This document shows positions 7,983-16,335 of a stretch of 64,000 nt of DNA, in pieces. The notes below the pieces were generated by a model. It did not search any database. It was not told the origin of the DNA and worked only from the letters and a program-made list of their open reading frames with translations. How positions within the stretch are numbered: position 1 is the stretch's first letter; every line of letters begins with the position of its first letter. The position numbers and the translations under genes were made by a program. The stretch is from Gammaproteobacteria bacterium. GTDB lineage: Bacteria > Pseudomonadota > Gammaproteobacteria > Steroidobacterales > Steroidobacteraceae. The stretch spans positions 3,562 through 67,561 of the forward strand of contig JBQTHP010000099.1 of assembly GCA_052389755.1 (NCBI GenBank), in the 5' to 3' direction.

Positions 7983-9371
7983 ATGAGCATCGTCACGCGT
8001 TTTGCCCCGAGTCCCACGGGACTGCTGCACGTCGGCGGCGTGCGCACCGCGCTTTACAGCTGGCTCGAAGCCCGACGCGGCGGCGGCAAGTTCATCCTTC
8101 GCGTGGAGGATACGGATCGTGAGCGCTCGACGGTTGAAGCGGTACGCGTGATCCTCGACGGCATGCTCTGGCTCGGGCTCGACGCCGACGAGGGTCCCTA
8201 TTTCCAGACACAGCGATTTCCACGTTACGCCGAAGTTCTGACTGAGATGCTCGCTCGGGGAGCCGCCTATCGCTGCTACTGCTCCAAGGCGGAGCTGGAG
8301 CAGATGCGCGCGGAGCAGCTCGCGCGAAAGCAGAAGCCGCGCTATACGGGCCGCTGCCGGGACCGGACTGAGCCAGTGGCCGGCGTCGAGCCGGTCATTC
8401 GCTTCCGCAACCCACTCGATGGCGTAGTGGTGGTCGATGATCTGGTGCACGGGCAGGTGAGCTTCCAGAACAGCGAGCTGGACGATCTCATCATCGCGCG
8501 CGCAGACGGCACGCCGACCTACAACTTCTGCGTCGTCGTCGACGACATGGACATGGGCGTCACGCATGTCATCCGCGGCGATGACCATCTGAACAATGCG
8601 CCGCGTCAGATGAACATGCTGCGCGCGCTCGGCGCGACGCCACCGGCGTATGCCCACGTGCCGATGATTCTGGGGCCGGACGGCACGAAGCTCTCGAAAC
8701 GGCACGGCGCCGTGAGCGTGCTCGAATACAAAGAGGAGGGTTTCCTGCCGGATGCGCTCCTCAACTATCTCGTGCGCCTCGGTTGGTCACACGGGGACCA
8801 GGAGGTGTTCTCGCGCGCGGAGATGATCGAGCACTTCGATATCAGAAACGTCAACAAGGCGGCCTCGGCGTTCAACCCGGAGAAGCTGCTCTGGCTCAAC
8901 CAGCAGCACATGATGCGTGCCACGCCGCGCGACCTGGTGGCGCATCTGCGCTACCAGCTGCAGAAGATCGGACTCGACAGCGAGGACGCGGCGCTGCTCG
9001 AGGGCGTGATCGTCGCGCAGCGAGAGCGCGCGAAGACGTTCAAGGAGATGGCGGAGAACAGTCGGTACTTTTTCGCCGACGAGATCCAGATCGATCCGAA
9101 AGCGGCGGCGAAGCACCTCACCGCCGAACAGGCGCCGGTCCTGGCCGAGCTGCGGGAGCGTCTTGCACGGCTGTCGGTGTGGAAGGCCGAAGCCATTCAC
9201 GCGATGCTGGCTTCGCTTGCGGTCGAGCGGAACGTCGCCCTCGGCAAGATCGCGCAGCCGTTGCGCGTAGCGGTGACGGGCGGCACCGTCTCGCCGCCGA
9301 TCGATGCGACCGTTGCATTGATCGGACAGGAACGAACCCTCGCGCGACTGGCGCGCGCAATGGCCCACTGA
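7983..9371 (+). CDS. gltX: glutamate--tRNA ligase
   Basis: MSIVTRFAPSPTGLLHVGGVRTALYSWL (HIGH-type motif) and KLSKRHG (KMSKS motif). The longest ORF starts at 7971; the ATG at 7983 matches the usual GltX N-terminus. Confidence 0.95.
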   Translation: MSIVTRFAPSPTGLLHVGGVRTALYSWLEARRGGGKFILRVEDTDRERSTVEAVRVILDGMLWLGLDADEGPYFQTQRFPRYAEVLTEMLARGAAYRCYCSKAELEQMRAEQLARKQKPRYTGRCRDRTEPVAGVEPVIRFRNPLDGVVVVDDLVHGQVSFQNSELDDLIIARADGTPTYNFCVVVDDMDMGVTHVIRGDDHLNNAPRQMNMLRALGATPPAYAHVPMILGPDGTKLSKRHGAVSVLEYKEEGFLPDALLNYLVRLGWSHGDQEVFSRAEMIEHFDIRNVNKAASAFNPEKLLWLNQQHMMRATPRDLVAHLRYQLQKIGLDSEDAALLEGVIVAQRERAKTFKEMAENSRYFFADEIQIDPKAAAKHLTAEQAPVLAELRERLARLSVWKAEAIHAMLASLAVERNVALGKIAQPLRVAVTGGTVSPPIDATVALIGQERTLARLARAMAH

Positions 9372-9388
9372 GACGCGGTTCTCGCTCG

Positions 9389-10903
9389 TTACGGAACGGT
9401 CTTGTTCACCAGATTCGTCATGGCGCTCTCGAGACCGCCGGCCGTGTACGCCTTCATCCCGAAGTAGTACGTCCCTGGCGCCAGGTTGTCCACGACGTAC
9501 GTGGCGAGTCCCGGGTTCGCGACCTGAATCGTCTGTGTGAGGCTGCCAGGGCTCGTCCCGTAATGGATGCGATAACCCGCCAGACCGACAATGGCTGATC
9601 CATCGTCGTTCAGCGTCGGCGCCGTCCAGTTGAGAGTGACGCTGCCCAACGAAACCTGGACTACTGCGATGGCGAACGCCGCGAGCGAGGCGTTCGCACG
9701 CCCGTCACTCACAGAGATCACGACATTCCCGTAACTACCGACTTCGGCTGCAGTGGGAGTCCCCGTCAGTCCGCCCGTCTGCGCGTTGAAGCTCGCCCAG
9801 GCAGGCTTGTTCTGGATGCTGAACGTGAGCGGGTCGCCATTCGCGTCGTTGGCGCTCGGTTGGAAGTTGTAGGCTGTTCCCACGTTCACGCTCGTCAAGG
9901 GCGTTCCGGAGATCGTGGGAGCGGTGTTCGTCACCGTGATCGTGAACGCGGGCAGCGATGCGGACGCGCTGCCGTCGCTCACGGTGATGACGATGCCGCT
10001 GTGCGCGCCGACGTGTGCGGACGCGGGTGTGCCCGACAACCGGCCGGTGGACGTGGTGAACGTAGCCCACGCCGGCTTGTTCTGGATGGAGAACGTCAGG
10101 TTATTGCCGTCAGGATCCGATGCAGTGGGCTGAAACGCGTACGCGCTGCCGCTCGCGACCGACGTACCCGGTGTGCCCGAGATCATGGGCGCGCGGTTCG
10201 CGGGCGCCTGAACCTGGATCGTGAATGCGGGCAGCGCGGTGCTCGCTCTGCCATCGCTCACGGCGATCGTGATATTCGCGTAAGTGCCGACCTGCGTCGC
10301 CCCGGGCGTTCCTGCGAGCCGACCGGTGGTCGTTGAGAAGCTCGCCCACACTGGCTTGTTAACGATCGTGAAAGACAGCGCGTCGCCGTTCGCATCGGCC
10401 GCGGTCGGCTGGAACACGTACGCCTGACCCGTACCGACCGAAAGTGGAGGCGATCCGGAGATTGTCGGCGGTGTGTTCTGCGGCGGCGGTGGCGGCGCGT
10501 TCCGCGGCCGTACGGTGATTCTGAATGTGATGCTCGGGGAAGTGCTCGCCCCATCCGACGCCGTGACCTGAATCTCGCCGGTGTCGCCGACATCCGCATC
10601 GGACGGCGTGCCGCGCAGCTCGCCGTTCACCGAGCTGAACGTGGTCCATTGCGGCTGGTTGACGATCGAGAACGTGATCGTATCGCCGTCGGGATCCGAG
10701 GCGGTTGGACGATATACGTAGAGCTGGTCGACATCCGCGGTCGTGACTGGCGCACCGGACAGAACCGGCGGCTCGTTCAGCTTGCCTGGTTCGGTGAGCG
10801 ACGCTTCCTCCTCTTCGCCGCCGCACGCCGTCAGCATCCCTGACACAGCCGCGCAGCACAGCACCGCACGCACGATCCCCAAAGCCCCGAGCGTCCTCAT
10901 CAT
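9389..10903 (-). CDS. secreted lipoprotein with four Ig-like (He_PIG/cadherin-like) repeats and a C-terminal fibronectin type III domain
   Basis: GGGGGA lies 6 nt before the ATG at 10903. Lipobox is GMLTAC. There are four repeats of about 95 aa with the pattern ISGxP...Y.FQPTA.D.DGD.L.FSI.NKP.WA.F...TG.L.GTP. The terminal VTLNWTAPT...GYRIHYGTS...YYFGMKAY is FN3-like. Confidence 0.8.
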   Translation of the reverse strand: MMRTLGALGIVRAVLCCAAVSGMLTACGGEEEEASLTEPGKLNEPPVLSGAPVTTADVDQLYVYRPTASDPDGDTITFSIVNQPQWTTFSSVNGELRGTPSDADVGDTGEIQVTASDGASTSPSITFRITVRPRNAPPPPPQNTPPTISGSPPLSVGTGQAYVFQPTAADANGDALSFTIVNKPVWASFSTTTGRLAGTPGATQVGTYANITIAVSDGRASTALPAFTIQVQAPANRAPMISGTPGTSVASGSAYAFQPTASDPDGNNLTFSIQNKPAWATFTTSTGRLSGTPASAHVGAHSGIVITVSDGSASASLPAFTITVTNTAPTISGTPLTSVNVGTAYNFQPSANDANGDPLTFSIQNKPAWASFNAQTGGLTGTPTAAEVGSYGNVVISVSDGRANASLAAFAIAVVQVSLGSVTLNWTAPTLNDDGSAIVGLAGYRIHYGTSPGSLTQTIQVANPGLATYVVDNLAPGTYYFGMKAYTAGGLESAMTNLVNKTVP

Positions 10904-11309
10904 GCGAAATCCCCCGGTAAACAAGACATGTCCACGGCGCAGGGCCGTGCAAAAAACCGGGGTTCAGCTGGAATGACGGCACGCATCCGCAAGCGAATCG
11001 GTGCGGTGCCGGCAGCCCCGCTGTCTCGGCAGATCCTCGCGAACCTGCTGGACCGGAAGCTTTGCGTCCCCGCCTCACGACGGGTTTGCCCTTACGCTCG
11101 GGCTTGAGTGAATCGCGTGCGAGGTGAAGTTGCAATCTGTCGGCATCTTCGGACGTAGGCGTTTTGCGACGCCGATGAGCCGCGATTCAACTTAAAGCAC
11201 GCGATGCGAGCCCTTCGCGTGCGACGATCGTTGCCGGCGGGGAGGGCGAACACGGCGCGCTGCGCTTCTTCCAGCGACGGCTCCGGCCGGAGTGCTCTAC
11301 CATTTGCGG

Positions 11310-13370
11310 ATGCTTAGTTACGTCATTTCTGCCGCGGTCTTCCTGATTCTCCTGATCGCCGGGCTCACGGTCTGGCGACGGCGGCTAGCGGGCTCGTCGC
11401 TGGCGCCGGCCTTCGGGGCACAGCTCGTATGGTCGGTGGTGCTCGCCAGAGCCGCGGTTAGTGCCACCGTGCCGCTGGCGCTGGTAGTAGTGATCGAGTA
11501 TTTGCGCACGCTCGCCTGGGCCATGGTGCTCGCGAGGTGCCTTGCCGGATCGTCCGATCCTCGGTCGATTCGACGCGCGCTACGACCGCTGTCGGCGCTG
11601 ATCATCGTCGTCGTCGCCGGGCTGATGGCCGGCATGTTTTCGGGTCAGCTGGCCTCGGTCGATGCGTATCTGGAGCGCTGGTGGGTGTGGGGGGCTTTGA
11701 TTCTGTCCATAGCGGGGCTCGTTCTGGTCGAGCAAGTCGCGCGCAACACGCGGTCTGCGCAGGAATGGCGCCTGAAGTACGTCTGGCTCTCCATAGGCGC
11801 GCTCTTCACGCTGGATCTGTGTCTGTATTCGATTGCGCTGCTGCGCGGCGGAATTGACCCGGCCCTGTGGGTTGCACGCGGCCTCATCAACGCAGTGCTC
11901 GGCGGCCTGCTGGCCCTTGGACTCACCCGAATCGTGGGCTGGCAGTCCGCATCGTTCCTGTCTCCCAGGCTCGTGTTTTTCAACGCCACTCTGCTCGGGG
12001 CCGCCTTCTACGTATTCGCGATGGCGGGCGCGAGCTACTTCATACGCGAGTTCGGCGGCAGCTGGGGAGCGGCGGGTCAAGCGGTGTTCCTCGCCGGCGC
12101 TGCCGTTGTGCTCGCTGTGGCCGTTCTGTCCGAACAGGCTCGCGCCTGGGCGCGGGTGACACTCGCCAAACACTTGTTTCCGTACCGCTATGACTTTCGC
12201 CGCGAGTGGCAGAACTTGACGCGCGCGCTTTCGCGTTCGGACGGCGTTCCGGTGTACGAGCGCATCGTGAAAGTCATGGCGATCTCGGTCAATTGCGGCA
12301 GCGGCGGGCTGTGGTTGCGTGACGCGGACGGTGTCTTCGTTCCGAGAGGCGGGGATCTTGCACATCCCACCGCACCTCGAGAGCCGCCCGGCAGCTCGTT
12401 TCTCGAGCATCTGGGGCGCCACGAATGGATCTGCGATCTCGACAAGATCAGGGGCAGCGGCGAAAAGGGCGGAAGTCCCGAACCTCCGGCGTGGATGCTG
12501 GACCACCCGAAGATCTGGCTCATCGTTCCACTGGTGTGCGAGGACACGCTGGTCGGATTCGTCGCGATCGGACATCCGCTGGCGAGGATGCGTTTGACCT
12601 GGGAGGAAATCGATCTCCTTCGCGCGGCCGGCCGGCAGGTGGCGAGCTATCTGGCATTCGAGCAGGCTGCAAAACGGCTCGCCGAGGCGCACCAGTTCGA
12701 AGCCGTCAATCGCATCTCGACGATCCTGATGCACGACCTGAAGCATCTGGTCGCGCAGCAGGCGCTCGTCGTCGAGAACGCAGCGCGACATCGGGGCAAT
12801 CCGGAGTTCTTCGACGACGCCATCCTCACGATCGAAAACTCCGTCAAGCGGATGAACCGGCTCATGGACGAGCTAAAGAGCGGCGTGCTGGCGGAGCACG
12901 GCCATCGCGTCGATCTGGCTGAAGTGTGCGCCGAGGTCACGCAGCGATGCGGTAGCCGCAAACCCTCCCCAACCCTGGTGGCTTACGACCGGAACGTCGA
13001 AGTCGTCCTGAATCGCGACCGCCTGCTCCACGCGCTCGAGCACATCGTGCGTAATGCGCAGGATGCGACGCCGTCCTCCGGCACCGTCTCCGTGCAACTG
13101 CGCAAGGTGGCAGAGCGCGCCGTCATCGAAGTGGTCGACACTGGAGTTGGCATGGACCCTCAGTTCATCCGCGACCGTCTGTTCCGGCCATTCGACACGA
13201 CCAAGGGAGGGGATGGCACCGGCATCGGCGCCTTCCAGGCGCGCGAGTTCGTCCGCAAGTGCGGCGGGAGCATCGAAGTCGAGAGCGCCGTCGGGGCGGG
13301 AACCCGATTTCTGGTGAGCCTGCCCCTGGCGCCTCCGCTGGGTGCCGTCGAACCTGCCGGTGCAGCATGA
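11310..13370 (+). CDS. prsK: PEP-CTERM system sensor histidine kinase PrsK
   Basis: Multi-TM N-terminal half, a central GAF-like region, H-box MHDLKHLV and G-boxes DTGVGM / GTGIGAFQAREF. It is coupled to prsR by an ATGA overlap. The ORF-track start at 11292 is GTG; the ATG at 11310 is preferred. Confidence 0.85.
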   Translation: MLSYVISAAVFLILLIAGLTVWRRRLAGSSLAPAFGAQLVWSVVLARAAVSATVPLALVVVIEYLRTLAWAMVLARCLAGSSDPRSIRRALRPLSALIIVVVAGLMAGMFSGQLASVDAYLERWWVWGALILSIAGLVLVEQVARNTRSAQEWRLKYVWLSIGALFTLDLCLYSIALLRGGIDPALWVARGLINAVLGGLLALGLTRIVGWQSASFLSPRLVFFNATLLGAAFYVFAMAGASYFIREFGGSWGAAGQAVFLAGAAVVLAVAVLSEQARAWARVTLAKHLFPYRYDFRREWQNLTRALSRSDGVPVYERIVKVMAISVNCGSGGLWLRDADGVFVPRGGDLAHPTAPREPPGSSFLEHLGRHEWICDLDKIRGSGEKGGSPEPPAWMLDHPKIWLIVPLVCEDTLVGFVAIGHPLARMRLTWEEIDLLRAAGRQVASYLAFEQAAKRLAEAHQFEAVNRISTILMHDLKHLVAQQALVVENAARHRGNPEFFDDAILTIENSVKRMNRLMDELKSGVLAEHGHRVDLAEVCAEVTQRCGSRKPSPTLVAYDRNVEVVLNRDRLLHALEHIVRNAQDATPSSGTVSVQLRKVAERAVIEVVDTGVGMDPQFIRDRLFRPFDTTKGGDGTGIGAFQAREFVRKCGGSIEVESAVGAGTRFLVSLPLAPPLGAVEPAGAA

Positions 13371-14734
13371 GCGCCGCACCCCACAAACTGCTCATCGTCG
13401 AGGACGATCCTGGCCTGCAGCGCCAGCTCAAATGGGCATTGGACGGATTCGACGTGCGATGCGCCGCCACGCGCGACGAAGCCATCGCGCTGCTCAACCG
13501 AAACGAACCCGCGGTAGTGCTCCAGGATCTGGGTCTGCCCCCCGATCCCGGGGGCGTCGAAGAAGGCTTCGCCACCATCGAGGAGATCCAGCGCATCGCA
13601 CCGCGCGCGAAGATCATCGTAGTCACCGGTCAGGAAGGCCGCGACCATGCGCTACGTGCGATCGCGGCAGGCGCTTTCGACTTCTGTCAGAAGCCCGTCG
13701 ACACCCAACTGCTGTCGATCGTCGTCGACCGGGCGATTCGCATGTACGAGCTCGAAGCAGAGATCCAGCGGCTCAGCGAGACTCGCCCCGCGTCCGCGCT
13801 CGATGGCGTCATTGCCGCCAGCGCGTCGATGCTGAAGGTCTGCCGAATGATCGAACGTCTGGCGCCGACCGGGGCCACGGTCCTGCTTCTGGGCGAGAGC
13901 GGAACCGGCAAAGAGCGTCTCGCCCGTGCGCTGCACACGCTGAGCTCGCGCGCGTCGAAGCCCATGGTCGCCATCAATTGCGCGGCCATTCCCGAGACCC
14001 TTCTCGAAAGCGAACTGTTCGGCCACGAACGGGGGGCGTTCACGGGCGCCGTCAAGCAGACCATCGGCAGGATCGAAGGCGCCGCTGGCGGAACGCTGTT
14101 TCTGGACGAGATCGGCGACATGCCGCTCGCCCTCCAGACGAAGCTCCTTCGGTTCCTGCAGGAGCGGGTCATCGAGCGCATCGGTGGGCGCGAGCTCGTT
14201 GGCGTCGACGTACGAATCGTGGCTGCGACCAACCGAGACCTCGAAGCCGCAATCCAGCAGGGAACCTTTCGCTCCGATCTCTACTACAGGTTGAGCGAAG
14301 TTACGGTCGCGATCCCGCCGCTGCGCGAGCGGGAATCGGACGCAGTGCTGATTGCCACCTATCTGTTGCAGGAAGCCGCCCGGCGGCACGGACGGGGTGC
14401 TCTGCGCTTCTCACCAGACGCAGTACGGGCGATCGAGCAGAATCCGTGGCCGGGTAATGTGCGCGAGCTCGAGAACCGCGTGAACCGGGCGGCAATCATG
14501 ATCGAGGGCAGACTGGTCAGTAGCCAGGATCTCGGGCTCGCCCCAACGGAGGAGACCGACGACTTCCTGAATCTGCGGGACGTGCGGCAGCGGGCCGAAG
14601 CGCAGGCGGTTCGTCGGGCGCTCGCTATCACCGCGGGGAACGTCTCAAAGGCGGCGGAGCTCCTCGGAGTCACGCGGCCAACGCTCTATGCACTGATGGA
14701 ACGAAGCTCGATCCGGCAGGAGGGCGCGGGATGA
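13367..14734 (+). CDS. prsR: sigma-54-dependent response regulator PrsR (PEP-CTERM-box regulator)
   Basis: The start ATG overlaps the prsK stop (ATGA at 13367-13370). Receiver domain KLLIVEDDPGL, Walker A GESGTGKE, GAFTGA motif (ERGAFTGAV) and C-terminal Fis-type HTH GNVSKAAELLGVTRPTLY. Confidence 0.9.
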   Translation: MSAAPHKLLIVEDDPGLQRQLKWALDGFDVRCAATRDEAIALLNRNEPAVVLQDLGLPPDPGGVEEGFATIEEIQRIAPRAKIIVVTGQEGRDHALRAIAAGAFDFCQKPVDTQLLSIVVDRAIRMYELEAEIQRLSETRPASALDGVIAASASMLKVCRMIERLAPTGATVLLLGESGTGKERLARALHTLSSRASKPMVAINCAAIPETLLESELFGHERGAFTGAVKQTIGRIEGAAGGTLFLDEIGDMPLALQTKLLRFLQERVIERIGGRELVGVDVRIVAATNRDLEAAIQQGTFRSDLYYRLSEVTVAIPPLRERESDAVLIATYLLQEAARRHGRGALRFSPDAVRAIEQNPWPGNVRELENRVNRAAIMIEGRLVSSQDLGLAPTEETDDFLNLRDVRQRAEAQAVRRALAITAGNVSKAAELLGVTRPTLYALMERSSIRQEGAG

Positions 14735-14925
14735 CAGATCACGTCTCATGGCGTCGGTGTTTTGAGACATGACTCAAGGACCCACTGAATCAAGGGCTTA
14801 CTACGGGCAGCGGAGGTCACGCCCCGGCTAGCGTCGCTTGGGCGCGACATTCCGGCAGAATACGGCGGGTCATGAATCTGCTGATGTACGTATAAGCCGT
14901 TGAATCTAAAGGAGACTATAACTTT

Positions 14926-14941
14926 CGGTGCGAACCTTGCA
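14926..14941 (+). promoter_or_regulatory. candidate sigma-54 -24/-12 promoter
   Basis: CGGTGCGAACCTTGCA: GG and GC are correctly spaced and -12 TTGCA is perfect, but -24 is weaker (GGTGCG). It lies 72 nt upstream of the ATG at 15013. Confidence 0.45.
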
Positions 14942-15012
14942 CAGCCCGGGATGGTTCTGTCCGGCTCTCGCTTGCGCCGGCAGCTTCCCTGCTTCATGTC
15001 ATCGAGGTTTCT

Positions 15013-15393
15013 ATGGATCTGCGTCGTCAAACCCGGGTCTTGGGCACGCTTGCCGCATTCGCACTCCTCCTTACCGCGTGCGGCGGCGGGGGCGGCGGTG
15101 ACGCAGCGACTCCGGCGCCTCAAACCGGCCCCGTCGTCGGATCGGCCACGCTCAACTGGAGCGCCCCGACCCAGAATAGTGATGGTAGCGCTCTGACCAA
15201 TCTCGCCGGCTACCGCATTGTCTACGGCACCGACGCTGGCGCGCTCACCAATACCGTCCAGATTGCGAACCCCGGTCAGCTCACTCACACCATCAACAGT
15301 CTGTCCGCAGGTACCTGGTATTTCGCCATCAAGGCGTATACCAACGTCGGGGATGAGAGCGTGCTCACTGGCGTCGTCAACAAGACGATCTGA
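15013..15393 (+). CDS. small lipoprotein consisting of a single fibronectin type III domain
   Basis: Lipobox LLLTAC followed by a Gly run. The remainder (ATLNWSAPTQNSDGSALTNLAGYRIVYGT...WYFAIKAYTNVGDES...VNKTI) is clearly paralogous to the C-terminal domain of the 9389-10903 protein. Confidence 0.8.
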   Translation: MDLRRQTRVLGTLAAFALLLTACGGGGGGDAATPAPQTGPVVGSATLNWSAPTQNSDGSALTNLAGYRIVYGTDAGALTNTVQIANPGQLTHTINSLSAGTWYFAIKAYTNVGDESVLTGVVNKTI

Positions 15394-15558
15394 CCCTTCT
15401 GCGGCCCCATCTGCCGGGCCGTCCCAGCCTGCGGAATCTTCGGCTTGCCCCGGGTGCGGAGCACGGGCCGACGAAGCCTGTTCGCGCTCAAGTGCCGAAA
15501 TTGAGACGCAGCGCCGTACAATGACCCATCGATAACGGCATTCTCAAAATAGCGATTC

Positions 15559-15574
15559 GGGCACGCATTTTGCG
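15559..15574 (+). promoter_or_regulatory. sigma-54 -24/-12 promoter ahead of the EPS export operon
   Basis: GGGCACGCATTTTGCG: GGCACG and TTGC are perfect with correct spacing. It lies 134 nt upstream of the ATG at 15708. Confidence 0.6.
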
Positions 15575-15707
15575 TGGGCAGACATCGGCCGAACGAACAA
15601 GCAACAAAAGCCGCAGAGGTAGCCCGGGCTTCCGCGTAAAAGATCTTTCGCGAGGCGTTGGCGGGCGAGGGGATTGCGTGGCGCGAGTTTATGCGACGGA
15701 GCAGGGG

Positions 15708-16322
15708 ATGCGGTTGTGCACGGCCGCTGCCGCGGCGTGCGCGCTTCTGCTGGCAGCATGCGCCGGCGGGGGCAGTCGAGCACCGAAGACTGACGCAGAA
15801 GCGAGCGCCGTTCCCGCGACCGAATATCGAATCGGGCCTGGGGACATGCTCAATATCTTCGTATTCAACCAGCCCGAGCTCACCGTCACCGTACCGGTGC
15901 GGCCGGATGGTCTCGTCTCGACACCGCTCGTCGAGAACATACAGGCCGCTGGGAAGACGCCGAGCGAGCTCGGTCGCGATATCGAAAAGGCTCTGTCCGA
16001 ATATATCCGCACGCCGCAGGTGAACGTGATCGTCACCAGCTTCGTCGGTACATACAGCGACCAGGTGCGGGTGGTCGGTCAGGCGGCGAATCCACAGGCC
16101 TTGCCTTACCGCAACGGCATGACGCTTCTCGACGTGATGATCGCCGTAGGGGGCCTCGCAGATTTCGCCGCCGGCAACCGGGCGCGCCTGATCCGTCGGG
16201 TCGACGGGAAACAGATAGAAATGCGCGTCCGGCTGGACGATCTCGTCAACGACGGCGACATCGTGGCGAACATGCCCGTGCAGCCCGGCGATGTTCTGAT
16301 CATCCCGCAGTCGCGCTTCTGA
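15708..16322 (+). CDS. polysaccharide export lipoprotein (Wza-like), PEP-CTERM system-associated
   Basis: Lipobox LLLAAC, then YRIGPGDMLNIFVFNQPELT (Poly_export motif) and an SLBB-like C-terminus ending GDVLIIPQSRF. TIGR03027-like by memory. Confidence 0.85.
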   Translation: MRLCTAAAAACALLLAACAGGGSRAPKTDAEASAVPATEYRIGPGDMLNIFVFNQPELTVTVPVRPDGLVSTPLVENIQAAGKTPSELGRDIEKALSEYIRTPQVNVIVTSFVGTYSDQVRVVGQAANPQALPYRNGMTLLDVMIAVGGLADFAAGNRARLIRRVDGKQIEMRVRLDDLVNDGDIVANMPVQPGDVLIIPQSRF

Positions 16323-16335
16323 ACGAACAGGACCC

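Noticed and set aside
7614-8705. 363-aa minus-strand ORF
   Set aside because: Antisense to gltX, and it runs through the tRNA-Val gene, so it is not credible as coding.
10977-10992. CGGCACGCATCCGCAA, sigma-54-like sequence upstream of prsK
   Set aside because: The GG to GC spacing is one nucleotide short of the invariant -24/-12 spacing, and it lies >300 nt from the prsK start.
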